From assembly GCA_964602865.1 (NCBI GenBank), contig CAZRSX010000001.1, forward strand, positions 153,986 to 217,985: 64,000 nucleotides of DNA, in the 5' to 3' direction. The DNA comes from an uncultured Candidatus Saccharibacteria bacterium (GTDB taxonomy: Bacteria; Patescibacteriota; Saccharimonadia; Saccharimonadales; JAGQNJ01). Below, piece after piece: positions 1 through 9,112 of the stretch. Under the pieces are notes generated by a model. That model had not been told where the DNA came from, did not search any database, and saw only the letters and a program-made list of their open reading frames with translations. Both the position numbers and the translations under genes were made by a program. Every line of letters begins with the position of its first letter. Position 1 is the stretch's first letter.

Positions 1-66
1 AGCAGAACAATAGAAAGGATAGCCGTAATTGAGACTAAAATAATCCCAATATATTGCCGCAAACGA

Positions 67-1341
67 TTATACTCTAGATTTTTTATCAACCTCATCAGAG
101 GGCCTCGAGATCAGTAGAGCAAACAAGAAGACAAAATATAGCAAGGTTAATTCAAGGCTTGGTACGTTAAATAAGGCATTGAGAACCATGATGAGGAACA
201 ATAAAAGCAGCTGATTTTCTCTGGCCTTGACTCCGCGAACAACTGCCGTAACAGAGAGAGCTACTAGTATGATGGCAGCTACCACTCCAAACTGATGTGC
301 AAAGTCGATGTAAAGATCGTGAGTAGAAAGAAAAAGGTGGCCTTGTTCTAATGTTGCTGCTATTTCTTCTGGTACGGCCTCTCGATTATTTATAGAGCTG
401 GGAAGAGTTCCGGATCCATTGCCCAGTAGTAGGTTATTCTGCAGTAAGTCTTTACCACTTACCGTATACAGGTCAAGTCTATAGTGAATACCACGTTCAA
501 CGCTTGCTAGATGAAAACGTGCGAAGTAGCCACTCGAAATGTATGGTAAGGCAGCAATTGTGACCATAGACAGGCAGACAATTGCAATTGCTCCGATGCG
601 ACCCTTAAGTTTCTCCATTGACCACCACCAAAGCACAAACACAAATGCCACGTAGCCAATGCGAGTCTGTGTTAATACGAGAGTGGCAGTAGCAAGCAGG
701 AGGCATAGTATATAGCCTCTGCGGTATAGTCTGGATAAATTTTCTCTGGATAAACCATACAAACTGATCGCCCCAGCCAGCACTGCAAACATACCCATTG
801 TTGTTGCTTGAAGCATGACACCGCCAATCCGGATGCCGTAGCGTATGTATATGCTATTTGACCACAGAGACATTGCCAGCGTTAGGAGTAACGCCACAAG
901 GAGCGCCGGAGAGTTAATCGTCGTGCGCACGACGTGCGCGACAGTTATGCCAAGGGCTATAAATATGAGCCAGCTCAGTAGGCCCAGGTAGTCAACCGGC
1001 AGGCCAAAAATACGAAAGGCAAGTTGTTCTTGTGAAATTGCGGTACTGACTGCCATCAGCACGGAGGTGGCTGATAAGGCGAGAATCACTGGTCGTCCAA
1101 GTGTGCGTAAATTTTTGACAAAGCTTTTTCTTAAAGTTTCCGAAGCAATGACCCAACCAACAAGAGCAAATAGGAGAATGTAGCGCGCCAGTCGAATGCT
1201 CTCTGTACTGCTCTCCATTGTGTATATAAGTGGCAAGACGAACACGGCAAGAGAAAGCAGCGCTTCTTGCGAATGCGCTGCTTTCTTGCAAAGACTTTTT
1301 GTGTAATCTATTGCCCGTTGCATTGAATGTATGCCAAACAA
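67..1341 (-). CDS. polytopic membrane protein, O-antigen ligase (Wzy/RfaL)-like
   Basis: 424-aa ORF with about 10 hydrophobic helices and one larger loop, a layout typical of O-antigen-ligase-like proteins. It follows the upstream minus-strand gene after a 6-nt gap. Confidence 0.5.
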   Translation of the reverse strand: MFGIHSMQRAIDYTKSLCKKAAHSQEALLSLAVFVLPLIYTMESSTESIRLARYILLFALVGWVIASETLRKSFVKNLRTLGRPVILALSATSVLMAVSTAISQEQLAFRIFGLPVDYLGLLSWLIFIALGITVAHVVRTTINSPALLVALLLTLAMSLWSNSIYIRYGIRIGGVMLQATTMGMFAVLAGAISLYGLSRENLSRLYRRGYILCLLLATATLVLTQTRIGYVAFVFVLWWWSMEKLKGRIGAIAIVCLSMVTIAALPYISSGYFARFHLASVERGIHYRLDLYTVSGKDLLQNNLLLGNGSGTLPSSINNREAVPEEIAATLEQGHLFLSTHDLYIDFAHQFGVVAAIILVALSVTAVVRGVKARENQLLLLFLIMVLNALFNVPSLELTLLYFVFLFALLISRPSDEVDKKSRV

Positions 1342-1347
1342 CTCATG

Positions 1348-1851
1348 TTAGCGGCAAGCGTAACCAGCCTGTAGGGCGACGCCACCTTTACCTGGTTGTC
1401 CAATACTCTCAGGATAAGAGAACACGAGGCAGTCATTCAAGAATATATCCCACGTTGCTTGATTCATCTTGCCATCAGCAGGGAGCTTCTTACCGACGTT
1501 CTTTTTATCGTTCTGGTATTTTAGAACGGCTGACTTTGTTGCAGGCCCGTAAATACCATCAACCGCCAAACGCGTGTATTGGATCCCATTCATTCTTTTT
1601 AGATTTTCATTTCTGTTATTGAGGCCTCTTTGCACGGCTCTTACGCAGTGCCCTCTATGCCCCTCGTACAAAGTCGGTCGTGTTACGCAGTTACTATTAA
1701 GAAAACTTGCATACCACTTTGTGGCTGCGCTACTCATGCCCACCAAGTATGCACCAACACCGGCGAAGACTACGACGACCGCCAGCATAATCCAATGCTT
1801 TTTTATCCACGCAATTTTTGAATTTTGGGCTTGCTGTTTTGATTTTGCCAT
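1348..1851 (-). CDS. membrane-anchored peptidoglycan-binding-domain protein
   Basis: N-terminal TM helix (WIMLAVVVVFAGVGAYLVG) followed by a PG_binding_1-like segment (VRAVQRGLN...LAVDGIYGPATKSAVLKYQ). An AAGGAG Shine-Dalgarno lies upstream of the ATG. Confidence 0.6.
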   Translation of the reverse strand: MAKSKQQAQNSKIAWIKKHWIMLAVVVVFAGVGAYLVGMSSAATKWYASFLNSNCVTRPTLYEGHRGHCVRAVQRGLNNRNENLKRMNGIQYTRLAVDGIYGPATKSAVLKYQNDKKNVGKKLPADGKMNQATWDIFLNDCLVFSYPESIGQPGKGGVALQAGYACR

Positions 1852-2028
1852 ACTTTCTCCTTTTTGTTTATAGTAAATCCTGATTACAATAGTAAGACTA
1901 TATTAATGGTAATTGCAATAGCAAAACAGTAAGTTGTGGATAACCATGAACAAAATCGATTACGAGCTAGTTTCGAGGCGGACTTAATAAAGGATTCGCG
2001 GTATCAGTCCTGTATCCAGCGGCATAAT

Positions 2029-2062
2029 ACCAGGGTCAGAGTCGCCTGGTTTTTTTGTTTTT
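2029..2062 (+). terminator. hairpin plus T7GT5 tract, oriented for the plus strand
   Basis: ACCAGG / CCTGGT 6-bp stem (2029-2034 / 2045-2050) with a 10-nt loop, followed by TTTTTTTGTTTTT. Both flanking genes are on the minus strand. Confidence 0.4.
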
Positions 2063-2070
2063 CGTGACTC

Positions 2071-2712
2071 CTACGATCCTTGTTTGGCGGCAATTGCTTC
2101 GTCGATCAGCTGTTTGAAGCCATCAATGTCTTTTGGTGTTTCTTCCAGCCGCTTGCCGTCGAGTATAAACGTCGGCGTTGCCGTGGCGCCAGCCGCTTGA
2201 GCGGCTTTAACGTCCGCATTAATAATGTCGTTGACAACACTGCTGGCGACATCTTGCTTGTAGGTGTCTATATTAATGCCAAGCTCGGCAGCATAATCTT
2301 CAAAAATCTGCGTGACGTTTGGCGCTGCTTGCCAAACTTGTTGGCGGCTGTAGAGTATATCATGCATCTCCCAGAACTTGTCTTGTTTGCCGGCTGCCTC
2401 GGCCGCACGGTGCGCTGCCATAGCATTTTGGTGAATGCTTACTAACGGATAGTGTCGGAATTGGAAGGCAATTTGATCGCCGTAGTCAGCTTTAATTTGG
2501 TTGAGAAGCGGAAAATAGCTCGCACAAGCGGGACATTGGAAGTCTCCGAACTCGACGAGCACGACGCCACTGGTGCCAGCGCCTTGTACGTGGTTACTGC
2601 CAGCATTCGTATCAACAGTGGTCGCATTATCATCATTTTGCTTGGTCACCACAATGACGCCAATGAATATGATAGATAGCCCAGCCAGGATTAGTAAAAA
2701 GCGTTTGCTCAT
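2071..2712 (-). CDS. DsbA-family thiol:disulfide oxidoreductase, membrane-anchored or secreted
   Basis: N-terminal hydrophobic anchor, a thioredoxin-fold CxxC active site (FGDFQCPACASYFP), and a DsbA-like C-terminal half. GGGGAG SD upstream. Confidence 0.8.
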   Translation of the reverse strand: MSKRFLLILAGLSIIFIGVIVVTKQNDDNATTVDTNAGSNHVQGAGTSGVVLVEFGDFQCPACASYFPLLNQIKADYGDQIAFQFRHYPLVSIHQNAMAAHRAAEAAGKQDKFWEMHDILYSRQQVWQAAPNVTQIFEDYAAELGINIDTYKQDVASSVVNDIINADVKAAQAAGATATPTFILDGKRLEETPKDIDGFKQLIDEAIAAKQGS

Positions 2713-2792
2713 GAAATAAAACTCCCCTACGTTTGTTTGCCTTCATATAATAGCGAATTCATTCTATATTTCAAAAGTGTTAAGATAAGCAT

Positions 2793-3872
2793 ATGCTGGT
2801 AGCTATTTTTGGACTCGTGCTCGCGCTGGTCATGTTGTTTGCGATTTCTCTTATGAGAGTCTACCGACACGTCCCCGTAAAAGAACTCAAACGTCGTGCC
2901 CGAAAAGGCGACGAGCTTGCCAAACTGTTTTATCAACCGGTTGCGTATGGAACCAGCTTGGAAGTTTTGCTGTGGCTTGTCATTGGGCTCAGCGCTAGTG
3001 TACTTTTTGTGCTGTTGGCGACACATCTCGCGTGGCCGCTGGCACTTGTATTGTGTGCCGCGCTGATATGGTTTGGTTTTGCCTGGCTGCCTGAAGCCCA
3101 GATTTCTAAATACACAGTTATCGCGGCAAAGACGGTGACACCGGCAATTCGTTGGCTGCTTGAACTGCTACAACCGCTTTTCAAGCGGATGGCAACACTC
3201 GCTACGTGGCGTCTCAAGCACACCACCATACATACTGGTCTATATGAGAAAGAGGATCTCATTGAGCTTATCGAGACACAAAAGGTGCAGGTCGATAGTC
3301 GTATAACCAAAGAAGAGTTGACGATCGCAAAGCACGCGCTGCAATTTGGCGACAAGGCGGTGGCCGAAGTCATGACACCAAAACGCATGATGCAGCTAGT
3401 CGCGACCACAGATATGGTCGGGCCGGTGCTGATGGATAAGCTACACAAGAGCGGCCATTCGCGCTTTCCGGTCCACCAAGACAAAGAAGACAACATTGTC
3501 GGCACGCTGTATCTTCGTGATGTGGTGAACGCCAAAGAGGGCGGCTTCGTCAAAGACATCATGCGAAAAGACGTATTCTACGTGCACGAAAAACAAAGCT
3601 TGGCACGCGTGCTTGATGCATTTATAAAAACGAAACACCACCTGTTTTTGGTGGTGAATAATTTCGAAGAAATTGTTGGACTGATTACCATCGAAGATAT
3701 TGTCGAACAAATCCTCGGCAAGCAAATCATTGACGAGTTTGACCAATACGACGACTTGCGGGCGGTTGCGCGTATGCATGCAGAAAAAGATAGAGAAAAT
3801 CGAACAGAGGTGATACAATCTTCCGAAGAAGAAACTAAACAAGAGGAAGATAGTGAGAACTCTCAATCGTGA
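2793..3872 (+). CDS. DUF21 + CBS-pair membrane protein (CNNM/CorC/TlyC family)
   Basis: Four N-terminal TM helices followed by two CBS motifs (VAEVMTPKRMM..., IVGTLYLRDV..., IVGLITIEDIVEQI). Acidic C-terminal tail. Confidence 0.75.
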   Translation: MLVAIFGLVLALVMLFAISLMRVYRHVPVKELKRRARKGDELAKLFYQPVAYGTSLEVLLWLVIGLSASVLFVLLATHLAWPLALVLCAALIWFGFAWLPEAQISKYTVIAAKTVTPAIRWLLELLQPLFKRMATLATWRLKHTTIHTGLYEKEDLIELIETQKVQVDSRITKEELTIAKHALQFGDKAVAEVMTPKRMMQLVATTDMVGPVLMDKLHKSGHSRFPVHQDKEDNIVGTLYLRDVVNAKEGGFVKDIMRKDVFYVHEKQSLARVLDAFIKTKHHLFLVVNNFEEIVGLITIEDIVEQILGKQIIDEFDQYDDLRAVARMHAEKDRENRTEVIQSSEEETKQEEDSENSQS

Positions 3873-5175
3873 TGTAACGGCTCATGTTGGCAAAAGCGTG
3901 ACAATTCAGGGGTGGTTGCACAAAAAACGCATGCTTGGCGGACTAACGTTTATCAATGTTCGCGATCGCAGCGGCTTGGTGCAAATAGTCGTCGAAGACA
4001 AAGACGAAGTCGAAAAGCTTCGGGGTTTACAAATCGGCACGGTGCTTGAGGTAGCTGGTACGGCGGTTGACGAACCGCGGGCGCCTGGCGGGGCAGAACT
4101 GCATCAACCAAAACTGACCGTGTTGGTGCCAGTGACTGACGAACCGCCAATCGAAATCGATAAGCCTTTGAGTCATAAATCTGAACATCTTGATACCCTT
4201 TTTGATAACCGTGCTATTGGCTTGCGCAATCTTCAAGAGCAAGAATTGTTTAAGACAAAAGATGTTGTGTGTCGTTCAATCCGGACATTCTTTACCAAAA
4301 ATGGCTTTACGGAAATTCACACCCCAAAGCTTTTGGCCGAAGCAACCGAAGGCGGTGCCGAGGTGTTCAAAGTCGATTATTTTAGCAAAACCGCTACACT
4401 AGCGCAAAGCGCACAGTTTTATAAACAAATAATGGTTGGCGTGTTTGAGCGTGTTTTTGAAATTGGCTCGACGTATCGTGCGGAGCCAAGTGCCACAACT
4501 CGTCACCTGACAGAATTCTTGACTGTCGACTGTGAGCTTGGATTTGTGACTTTTGAGGAGCTTCAGAACTTGCTCGGCAACTTACTGATTCATGTTGTTG
4601 ACGAAACCTGGAAAACAAACGAAGCTTCATTCAAAAAATGGAATGTCGCAAAGGCAGAATTGCCTGAAAAAGCGGAAGCCATTCCTCGCGTAACGATTGA
4701 TGAAATCCACGAAATGTATCTCAAGGCAACGAAAGAAGATTTCACGGGCGAAGATGATTTGCGTCCTGACGAAGAGCGCTTTATTTGCGAGTGGGCAAAG
4801 AAAAACAAGGGCAGTGATGCGGTCTTTGTAGTCGGCTGGTCAGCAAAAAGCAAGACCTTCAAGTTTTACCATAAAGCAAATGAAAAAAATCCAGACATCG
4901 CTGATCGTGCAGACTTACTCTTCCGCGGCGTTGAGATTACGACGTTAAGTATGCGTGAACATGATTACAAAAAACTGATTGAGCAGCTCAAAGCTATGGG
5001 CGGCAATCCAGACAACTCTGGCTATGCTTCGTATCTCAGTGCCTTCAAATACGGTATGCCGCCACACGGCGGATTTGGCTTGGGATTGGAGCGCCTGGTA
5101 GAAAAGCTCTTTAAGCTTAATAACATCAAAGAAGCCACGCTCTTCCCGCGCGACATCAATCGCCTGACACCATAA
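3853..5175 (+). CDS. aspS: aspartate--tRNA ligase, archaeal/eukaryal type (class IIb)
   Basis: 440 aa with an OB-fold N-terminus (GWLHKKRMLGGLTFINVRDRSG), a QSAQFYKQ loop, motif 2 (YRAEPS) and motif 3 (GGFGLGLERLV). The GTG start overlaps the upstream gene by 20 nt. Confidence 0.85.
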   Translation: MRTLNRDVTAHVGKSVTIQGWLHKKRMLGGLTFINVRDRSGLVQIVVEDKDEVEKLRGLQIGTVLEVAGTAVDEPRAPGGAELHQPKLTVLVPVTDEPPIEIDKPLSHKSEHLDTLFDNRAIGLRNLQEQELFKTKDVVCRSIRTFFTKNGFTEIHTPKLLAEATEGGAEVFKVDYFSKTATLAQSAQFYKQIMVGVFERVFEIGSTYRAEPSATTRHLTEFLTVDCELGFVTFEELQNLLGNLLIHVVDETWKTNEASFKKWNVAKAELPEKAEAIPRVTIDEIHEMYLKATKEDFTGEDDLRPDEERFICEWAKKNKGSDAVFVVGWSAKSKTFKFYHKANEKNPDIADRADLLFRGVEITTLSMREHDYKKLIEQLKAMGGNPDNSGYASYLSAFKYGMPPHGGFGLGLERLVEKLFKLNNIKEATLFPRDINRLTP

Positions 5176-5237
5176 CGTTGAACAATATAAAACGTTGAAC
5201 GTTGACAATCGTTGAACGATTTGCTATAGTTGAACGT
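5174..5237 (+). promoter_or_regulatory. vapBC promoter (TTGACA-17-TATAGT) embedded in a GTTGAAC repeat array
   Basis: -35 TTGACA at 5202-5207, 17-nt spacer, -10 TATAGT at 5225-5230, ATG at 5238. GTTGAAC occurs at 5177, 5194, 5211 and 5229, plus GTTGACA at 5201. Confidence 0.6.
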
Positions 5238-5477
5238 ATGAAAACAGTTACGGTCTCAGCAAAATATCAAGTCGTGATTCCCAAAGAGGTTCGCCAGAAG
5301 CTCAATATCCGCCCGGGTCAAAAAGTTCGCCTGGACACCAACAAAAAAGGCGACCTCACTATCAGGAGCCACGCGGTAGTCGATGAACTATATGGCAGCA
5401 TGAAGGGTGCATGGGGCCGGGACTCCGACGCGTATCTTCGCAATATTCGTGCCGAGGCAAACCGTGATCGCTATTGA
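5238..5477 (+). CDS. vapB: AbrB/SpoVT-fold antitoxin (VapB-like)
   Basis: MKTVTVSAKYQVVIPKEVRQKLNIRPGQKV is a typical SpoVT/AbrB swapped-hairpin N-terminus. The gene overlaps the downstream PIN gene by 14 nt. The ORF-track start at 5202 lies inside the promoter. Confidence 0.75.
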   Translation: MKTVTVSAKYQVVIPKEVRQKLNIRPGQKVRLDTNKKGDLTIRSHAVVDELYGSMKGAWGRDSDAYLRNIRAEANRDRY

Positions 5478-5898
5478 TTCAAACGTGTTCATTTGTCTGC
5501 TGGAAGACAATACGCGCTTTGGGCCGCTCTCAAGGAATCTGTTTTGGGCCGCTGAAAAGACAAATCTGAGTGCTTGTTGTTCGGCTCTCGTTTTTCATGA
5601 GGTATTGGCATATCCTAAACTTACACCGGCGAAGGCTATTCGCTTGCAACAAAAACTTGAACAACTTGGCATAGAGTTCAAACCTATCACGACAACAACG
5701 CTTGTTGAGTCAGCACGACTGCGGCGCCAATATAACTTGGGCGCTTTTGATTCTGTTCATATCGCCAGCGCGATAGAAGCACGTGCCACACATTTTGTAA
5801 GCAACGACCAGAAACTACTCACAAAAAAAGTTTCCGGTATCAAGCTGGTGCCGCTCTCGGCAGTGGATACACTACTGTCGCCTGACAATCCCACCTGA
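5464..5898 (+). CDS. vapC: PIN-domain toxin (VapC-like)
   Basis: An in-frame GTG start gives VIAIDSNVFI... (first acidic PIN residue). Later motifs are FDSVHIASAIEA and FVSNDQKL. Classic antitoxin-toxin overlap. Confidence 0.8.
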   Translation: MIAIDSNVFICLLEDNTRFGPLSRNLFWAAEKTNLSACCSALVFHEVLAYPKLTPAKAIRLQQKLEQLGIEFKPITTTTLVESARLRRQYNLGAFDSVHIASAIEARATHFVSNDQKLLTKKVSGIKLVPLSAVDTLLSPDNPT

Positions 5899-5977
5899 CG
5901 CCGTAGGGTTTACCGCTTAACACAGGCTCTGTCTAAATTTTTTGCTAGGGTTGATTGGCAGACTTGGTATAATAGTA

Positions 5978-6370
5978 ATGCTTATGGATAATACACAAGT
6001 TGGTAACGAACAGGCGTCGCCACAGGCTCCGGCTCAACCGCAACCTATGCCACTCAGTCAGCAGGACCAGGAGCTTTTAGCACGCGAAATGCGCGGACAT
6101 CCCTTATTTCAGGGCATGGCACAACCTGCACCAATGCAACAAACCCCAGCAGTTCAGCCGCCGCAACCGCCGACACAACCGGCTATGACACCGCCACAAA
6201 CAGCTCAACCGGTTCCGGCTTCATTTAATCAGCAACCAGCACCGGCGCAGCCCATTGCCGAGGACGTGCCCGCATCTTCTGGCGGCCAGCTTGGGTCGAT
6301 TATCGCCATTATTATCGGTGTTTTGATTGCGCTTGCTTTACTTGCCGGCGCCGCCATGTTCTTCTTGTAG
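5978..6370 (+). CDS. Pro/Gln-rich protein with C-terminal TM anchor
   Basis: Low-complexity P/Q/A-rich body and a C-terminal hydrophobic helix (IIAIIIGVLIALALLAGAAMFFL). The start is ambiguous (ATG at 5978 or 5984). Confidence 0.4.
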   Translation: MLMDNTQVGNEQASPQAPAQPQPMPLSQQDQELLAREMRGHPLFQGMAQPAPMQQTPAVQPPQPPTQPAMTPPQTAQPVPASFNQQPAPAQPIAEDVPASSGGQLGSIIAIIIGVLIALALLAGAAMFFL

Positions 6371-6452
6371 CACGCACTTATCCACAGGACTAGCATAAGC
6401 TTGTTTGTATTTGTAGGCGAGGATGCTACTATTTAGTCAAGTAGAATAAAAA

Positions 6453-8186
6453 ATGGCAAAACAAAATACACGTAACAAAAGGAAAAATACTATGGCAAAA
6501 GCTCGTGGTAAAAAGAAATCAGCCGGCTTGTTTTCGCGGTTGTTTAGCTCCCGCAAGTCAAAAATCCTGGCAATTGTGATCGCATTCGGCGCTGTTGGCG
6601 CCAGCCTGGCACTCTACAGCTCGGCACAGACCAGATACTTTAGCCCAACCGCCAACACGACTCGTGCCCATATGGCAGCGTTTTTGTATCGTGCTGCCGG
6701 CTCGCCGGAAATTAAGACAAGCAAGTGCGGCCCGAATGCCGCCGGCCCATTCAAAGATGTCCGGGGTGACAACCAATTCTGTAACGCCATTGTCTGGATG
6801 TCAGACAAAAAGATAACCACCGGTGATAAAGACGGCAATTTTAAGCCCAACGATCCGGTTACTCGCCAGACAGCTGCGGTATTTTTGTACCGGCTTGACG
6901 GTACGCCAACCTTGTCAGCCAGAACTATCTCGCCATGTTCGGGCGGAGCGAACAGCACCGGACCGTTCAAAGACGTGAAGGCGGGTCATCAATTCTGTAA
7001 AGAAATCTCCTACGCCAAAGAAAAAGGATACATGGCGGGTAACAGCAGCGGCAACTTTAATCCAACTGGTCCAATGCCGCGCCAGCAAATAGCGCAAGTA
7101 CTCTATAACCGGGCTGGCAAACCAGCACCGCAAGCCAGGAGTGCACTATTTGCGGATGTCAAAAAGGACACAACCTTCTATAACGCTATTCAATGGATTG
7201 GCGAAGAAAAGATAGCAGTTGGCTCTAACAAGCCACTGCCGGTTCCGTCGCAAGAAAAGCCAGCCTCCGGTACGACAAGCAACAGTGATATCTGGACTGG
7301 CGGCGGCCGACCGCCTGCATCTAGCGGCAATTCTTCGGGGTCGTCTGGCAATCAAAGCACAGGCGGCAACCAAGCGGCTGCGCCAAAACCTGCAATCCAG
7401 GGTGATAAGCTGTGGAAGCAGCACATGTGCTACCCGGAAGGTTTGGCCAACAAAAATCTATCAGAGGCACAAAAACGCGATAAAGGCGCACGGGTGAGAG
7501 ATCTGCAGAATCGTCTCAGGAAGATGCATTTCCAGATACCGCAGGCCGAAAACGGCTCGCTCCTGAACAAAACTACAGTAGCAGTCGATATCTTCTATGC
7601 TGCCAAGACCAAGGGCGCCTCACGGCTCGGCCCGGGCTGCTTCAACGCCGACACTATGCTGGAAGCTTTCCGTAAGGCTGAAAAAGAAAAATGGGACGCC
7701 CGACCGTTCGCAAATTCACTGGCAGCGTTCTTTAATACAGTTGCCAATCCCACGCCACCGCCAGCAGTTGTGGATAATCGGCCACCTGCAGCGGCACCCG
7801 CAGATCCAACTGCTACAATTCTTCAAATACTCGGTGATTATGAGACAAATGGAACCTGTTTGCTTCGTTCTATTAGTATGGTAGACTCAGGGCCTTGGAC
7901 TAATGCACGAACAAAAACACAGTGCAGAAATATGTATAATGCTATGGGCAATGTTCTTAGAGCCGCGTGGACACCGAACTCTACTGGTATAAAAGAACAG
8001 ATTAATACTAGAGAACATGAGGTTAAAGACTGTGCGTATCCCCCGAAGAGCGAAACCTATCGGGTGAACTACGGAAATTGCCTTGCCTGGGCACAGCGTA
8101 ATTCCTCCGACCCCAGGTATGGTGGCAAGTATTATTGGGGCGGACATCAAATTTACCCGCAGACTACATTCATGCTGTCACCATAA
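6453..8186 (+). CDS. secreted/anchored protein with three SLH-like repeats and a Cys-containing C-terminal domain
   Basis: N-terminal basic region plus TM. There are three repeats of the pattern FKDV..QFC.aI.w....itTG...GNF.P..PvTRQ..AvFLYR, which is S-layer-homology-like. A PG_binding-like stretch (VRDLQNRLRKMHFQ) follows. Confidence 0.55.
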   Translation: MAKQNTRNKRKNTMAKARGKKKSAGLFSRLFSSRKSKILAIVIAFGAVGASLALYSSAQTRYFSPTANTTRAHMAAFLYRAAGSPEIKTSKCGPNAAGPFKDVRGDNQFCNAIVWMSDKKITTGDKDGNFKPNDPVTRQTAAVFLYRLDGTPTLSARTISPCSGGANSTGPFKDVKAGHQFCKEISYAKEKGYMAGNSSGNFNPTGPMPRQQIAQVLYNRAGKPAPQARSALFADVKKDTTFYNAIQWIGEEKIAVGSNKPLPVPSQEKPASGTTSNSDIWTGGGRPPASSGNSSGSSGNQSTGGNQAAAPKPAIQGDKLWKQHMCYPEGLANKNLSEAQKRDKGARVRDLQNRLRKMHFQIPQAENGSLLNKTTVAVDIFYAAKTKGASRLGPGCFNADTMLEAFRKAEKEKWDARPFANSLAAFFNTVANPTPPPAVVDNRPPAAAPADPTATILQILGDYETNGTCLLRSISMVDSGPWTNARTKTQCRNMYNAMGNVLRAAWTPNSTGIKEQINTREHEVKDCAYPPKSETYRVNYGNCLAWAQRNSSDPRYGGKYYWGGHQIYPQTTFMLSP

Positions 8187-8212
8187 ACAAGATAAGAAAG
8201 GGGAAATATAAG

Positions 8213-8644
8213 GTGGGAAGAATCAATTTCAAAAACAAGACAACAGTCATCGTCGCGATTGTGATATCAATTGCGTTCTTTGCGGGCGGCTTCTTTGCCA
8301 AAGGCGCGTACGATAATATGCAAGAAAAACAGGCTAGCGCTGTTGGCGCAGAATTTGTAGAGAAGGTATTAGCCGGTGATGCTGACGGTGCCTACCAAAT
8401 GACGAGTAACACCTTGCGCGAAGAGGAAGAAGAAGGAATGTTACGGGGAGTTTTATCAAGCTTCCAGGCAGATGAACCAAACAAACTCGATGGCGTAATC
8501 CTCAAAGGTAACGGCCGCACGCTGTTCGTACAGTATGTCGACGGCTTACCAGCTGTTGGTGAAGGCAATACGGCAGGCGAGTTCTATATCGCCTTGGTCA
8601 AAGAAGGCAAAGACTGGAAAGTTGCTTCCGTCAACATCCAATAA
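8213..8644 (+). CDS. small membrane-anchored hypothetical protein
   Basis: A GTG start preceded by AAAGGGGA. N-terminal TM (TTVIVAIVISIAFFAGGFF) followed by a ~110-aa soluble domain. The ORF-track start at 8135 overlaps the upstream gene. Confidence 0.45.
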   Translation: MGRINFKNKTTVIVAIVISIAFFAGGFFAKGAYDNMQEKQASAVGAEFVEKVLAGDADGAYQMTSNTLREEEEEGMLRGVLSSFQADEPNKLDGVILKGNGRTLFVQYVDGLPAVGEGNTAGEFYIALVKEGKDWKVASVNIQ

Positions 8645-8707
8645 TTACAGACTATAAAAGCCACGAAATCCTAGCACGAAAATGCCAACACTGGTACTGT
8701 ATGTGTA

Positions 8708-9046
8708 ATGAATGATTTGCAACAAAGTGGGGGAGTAAACCAGGGTTCAGGCGGCTCACAGCTGCAAGGTGCGGCTGGTGCACTCCAGCAAACGCAAAAT
8801 CTGCAGGGCAGCGGCTCACAGCAAAATGTCCTGGGTATTAGCTCTGTCCTCACTCAGTCAAATCCAAGCGCAGAAGTAACAGTAGAAGGTGCCAGCACCG
8901 GCACGACAAGCTCTAGCCAGCCCACGCCGCTTGCAGCAAGCGGCTTCACGGTATCGCCTTGGCTGATAATTCTGGCTGGCGCCATGGTTATTATCGCTGG
9001 CATCAGCTTCATCTGGTCTCAGCGCAACGACATGTCCCGCCTTTAA
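8708..9046 (+). CDS. Gly/Gln/Ser-rich protein with C-terminal TM anchor
   Basis: 112-aa ORF with a low-complexity N-terminal half and a C-terminal helix (WLIILAGAMVIIAGISFIW). Confidence 0.4.
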   Translation: MNDLQQSGGVNQGSGGSQLQGAAGALQQTQNLQGSGSQQNVLGISSVLTQSNPSAEVTVEGASTGTTSSSQPTPLAASGFTVSPWLIILAGAMVIIAGISFIWSQRNDMSRL

Positions 9047-9112
9047 TTTCTATTGCACTATCTACAACGTTCTGCTAGTGTAAAGGTAACGCTTATTGCA
9101 AAAAAGGTGGGT

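Noticed and set aside
1-62. Open hydrophobic frame on the minus strand at the left edge (LRQYIGIILVSITAILSIVL...)
   Set aside because: Only about 20 codons are visible, and the putative TTG start is unsupported. It is too little to call a gene.
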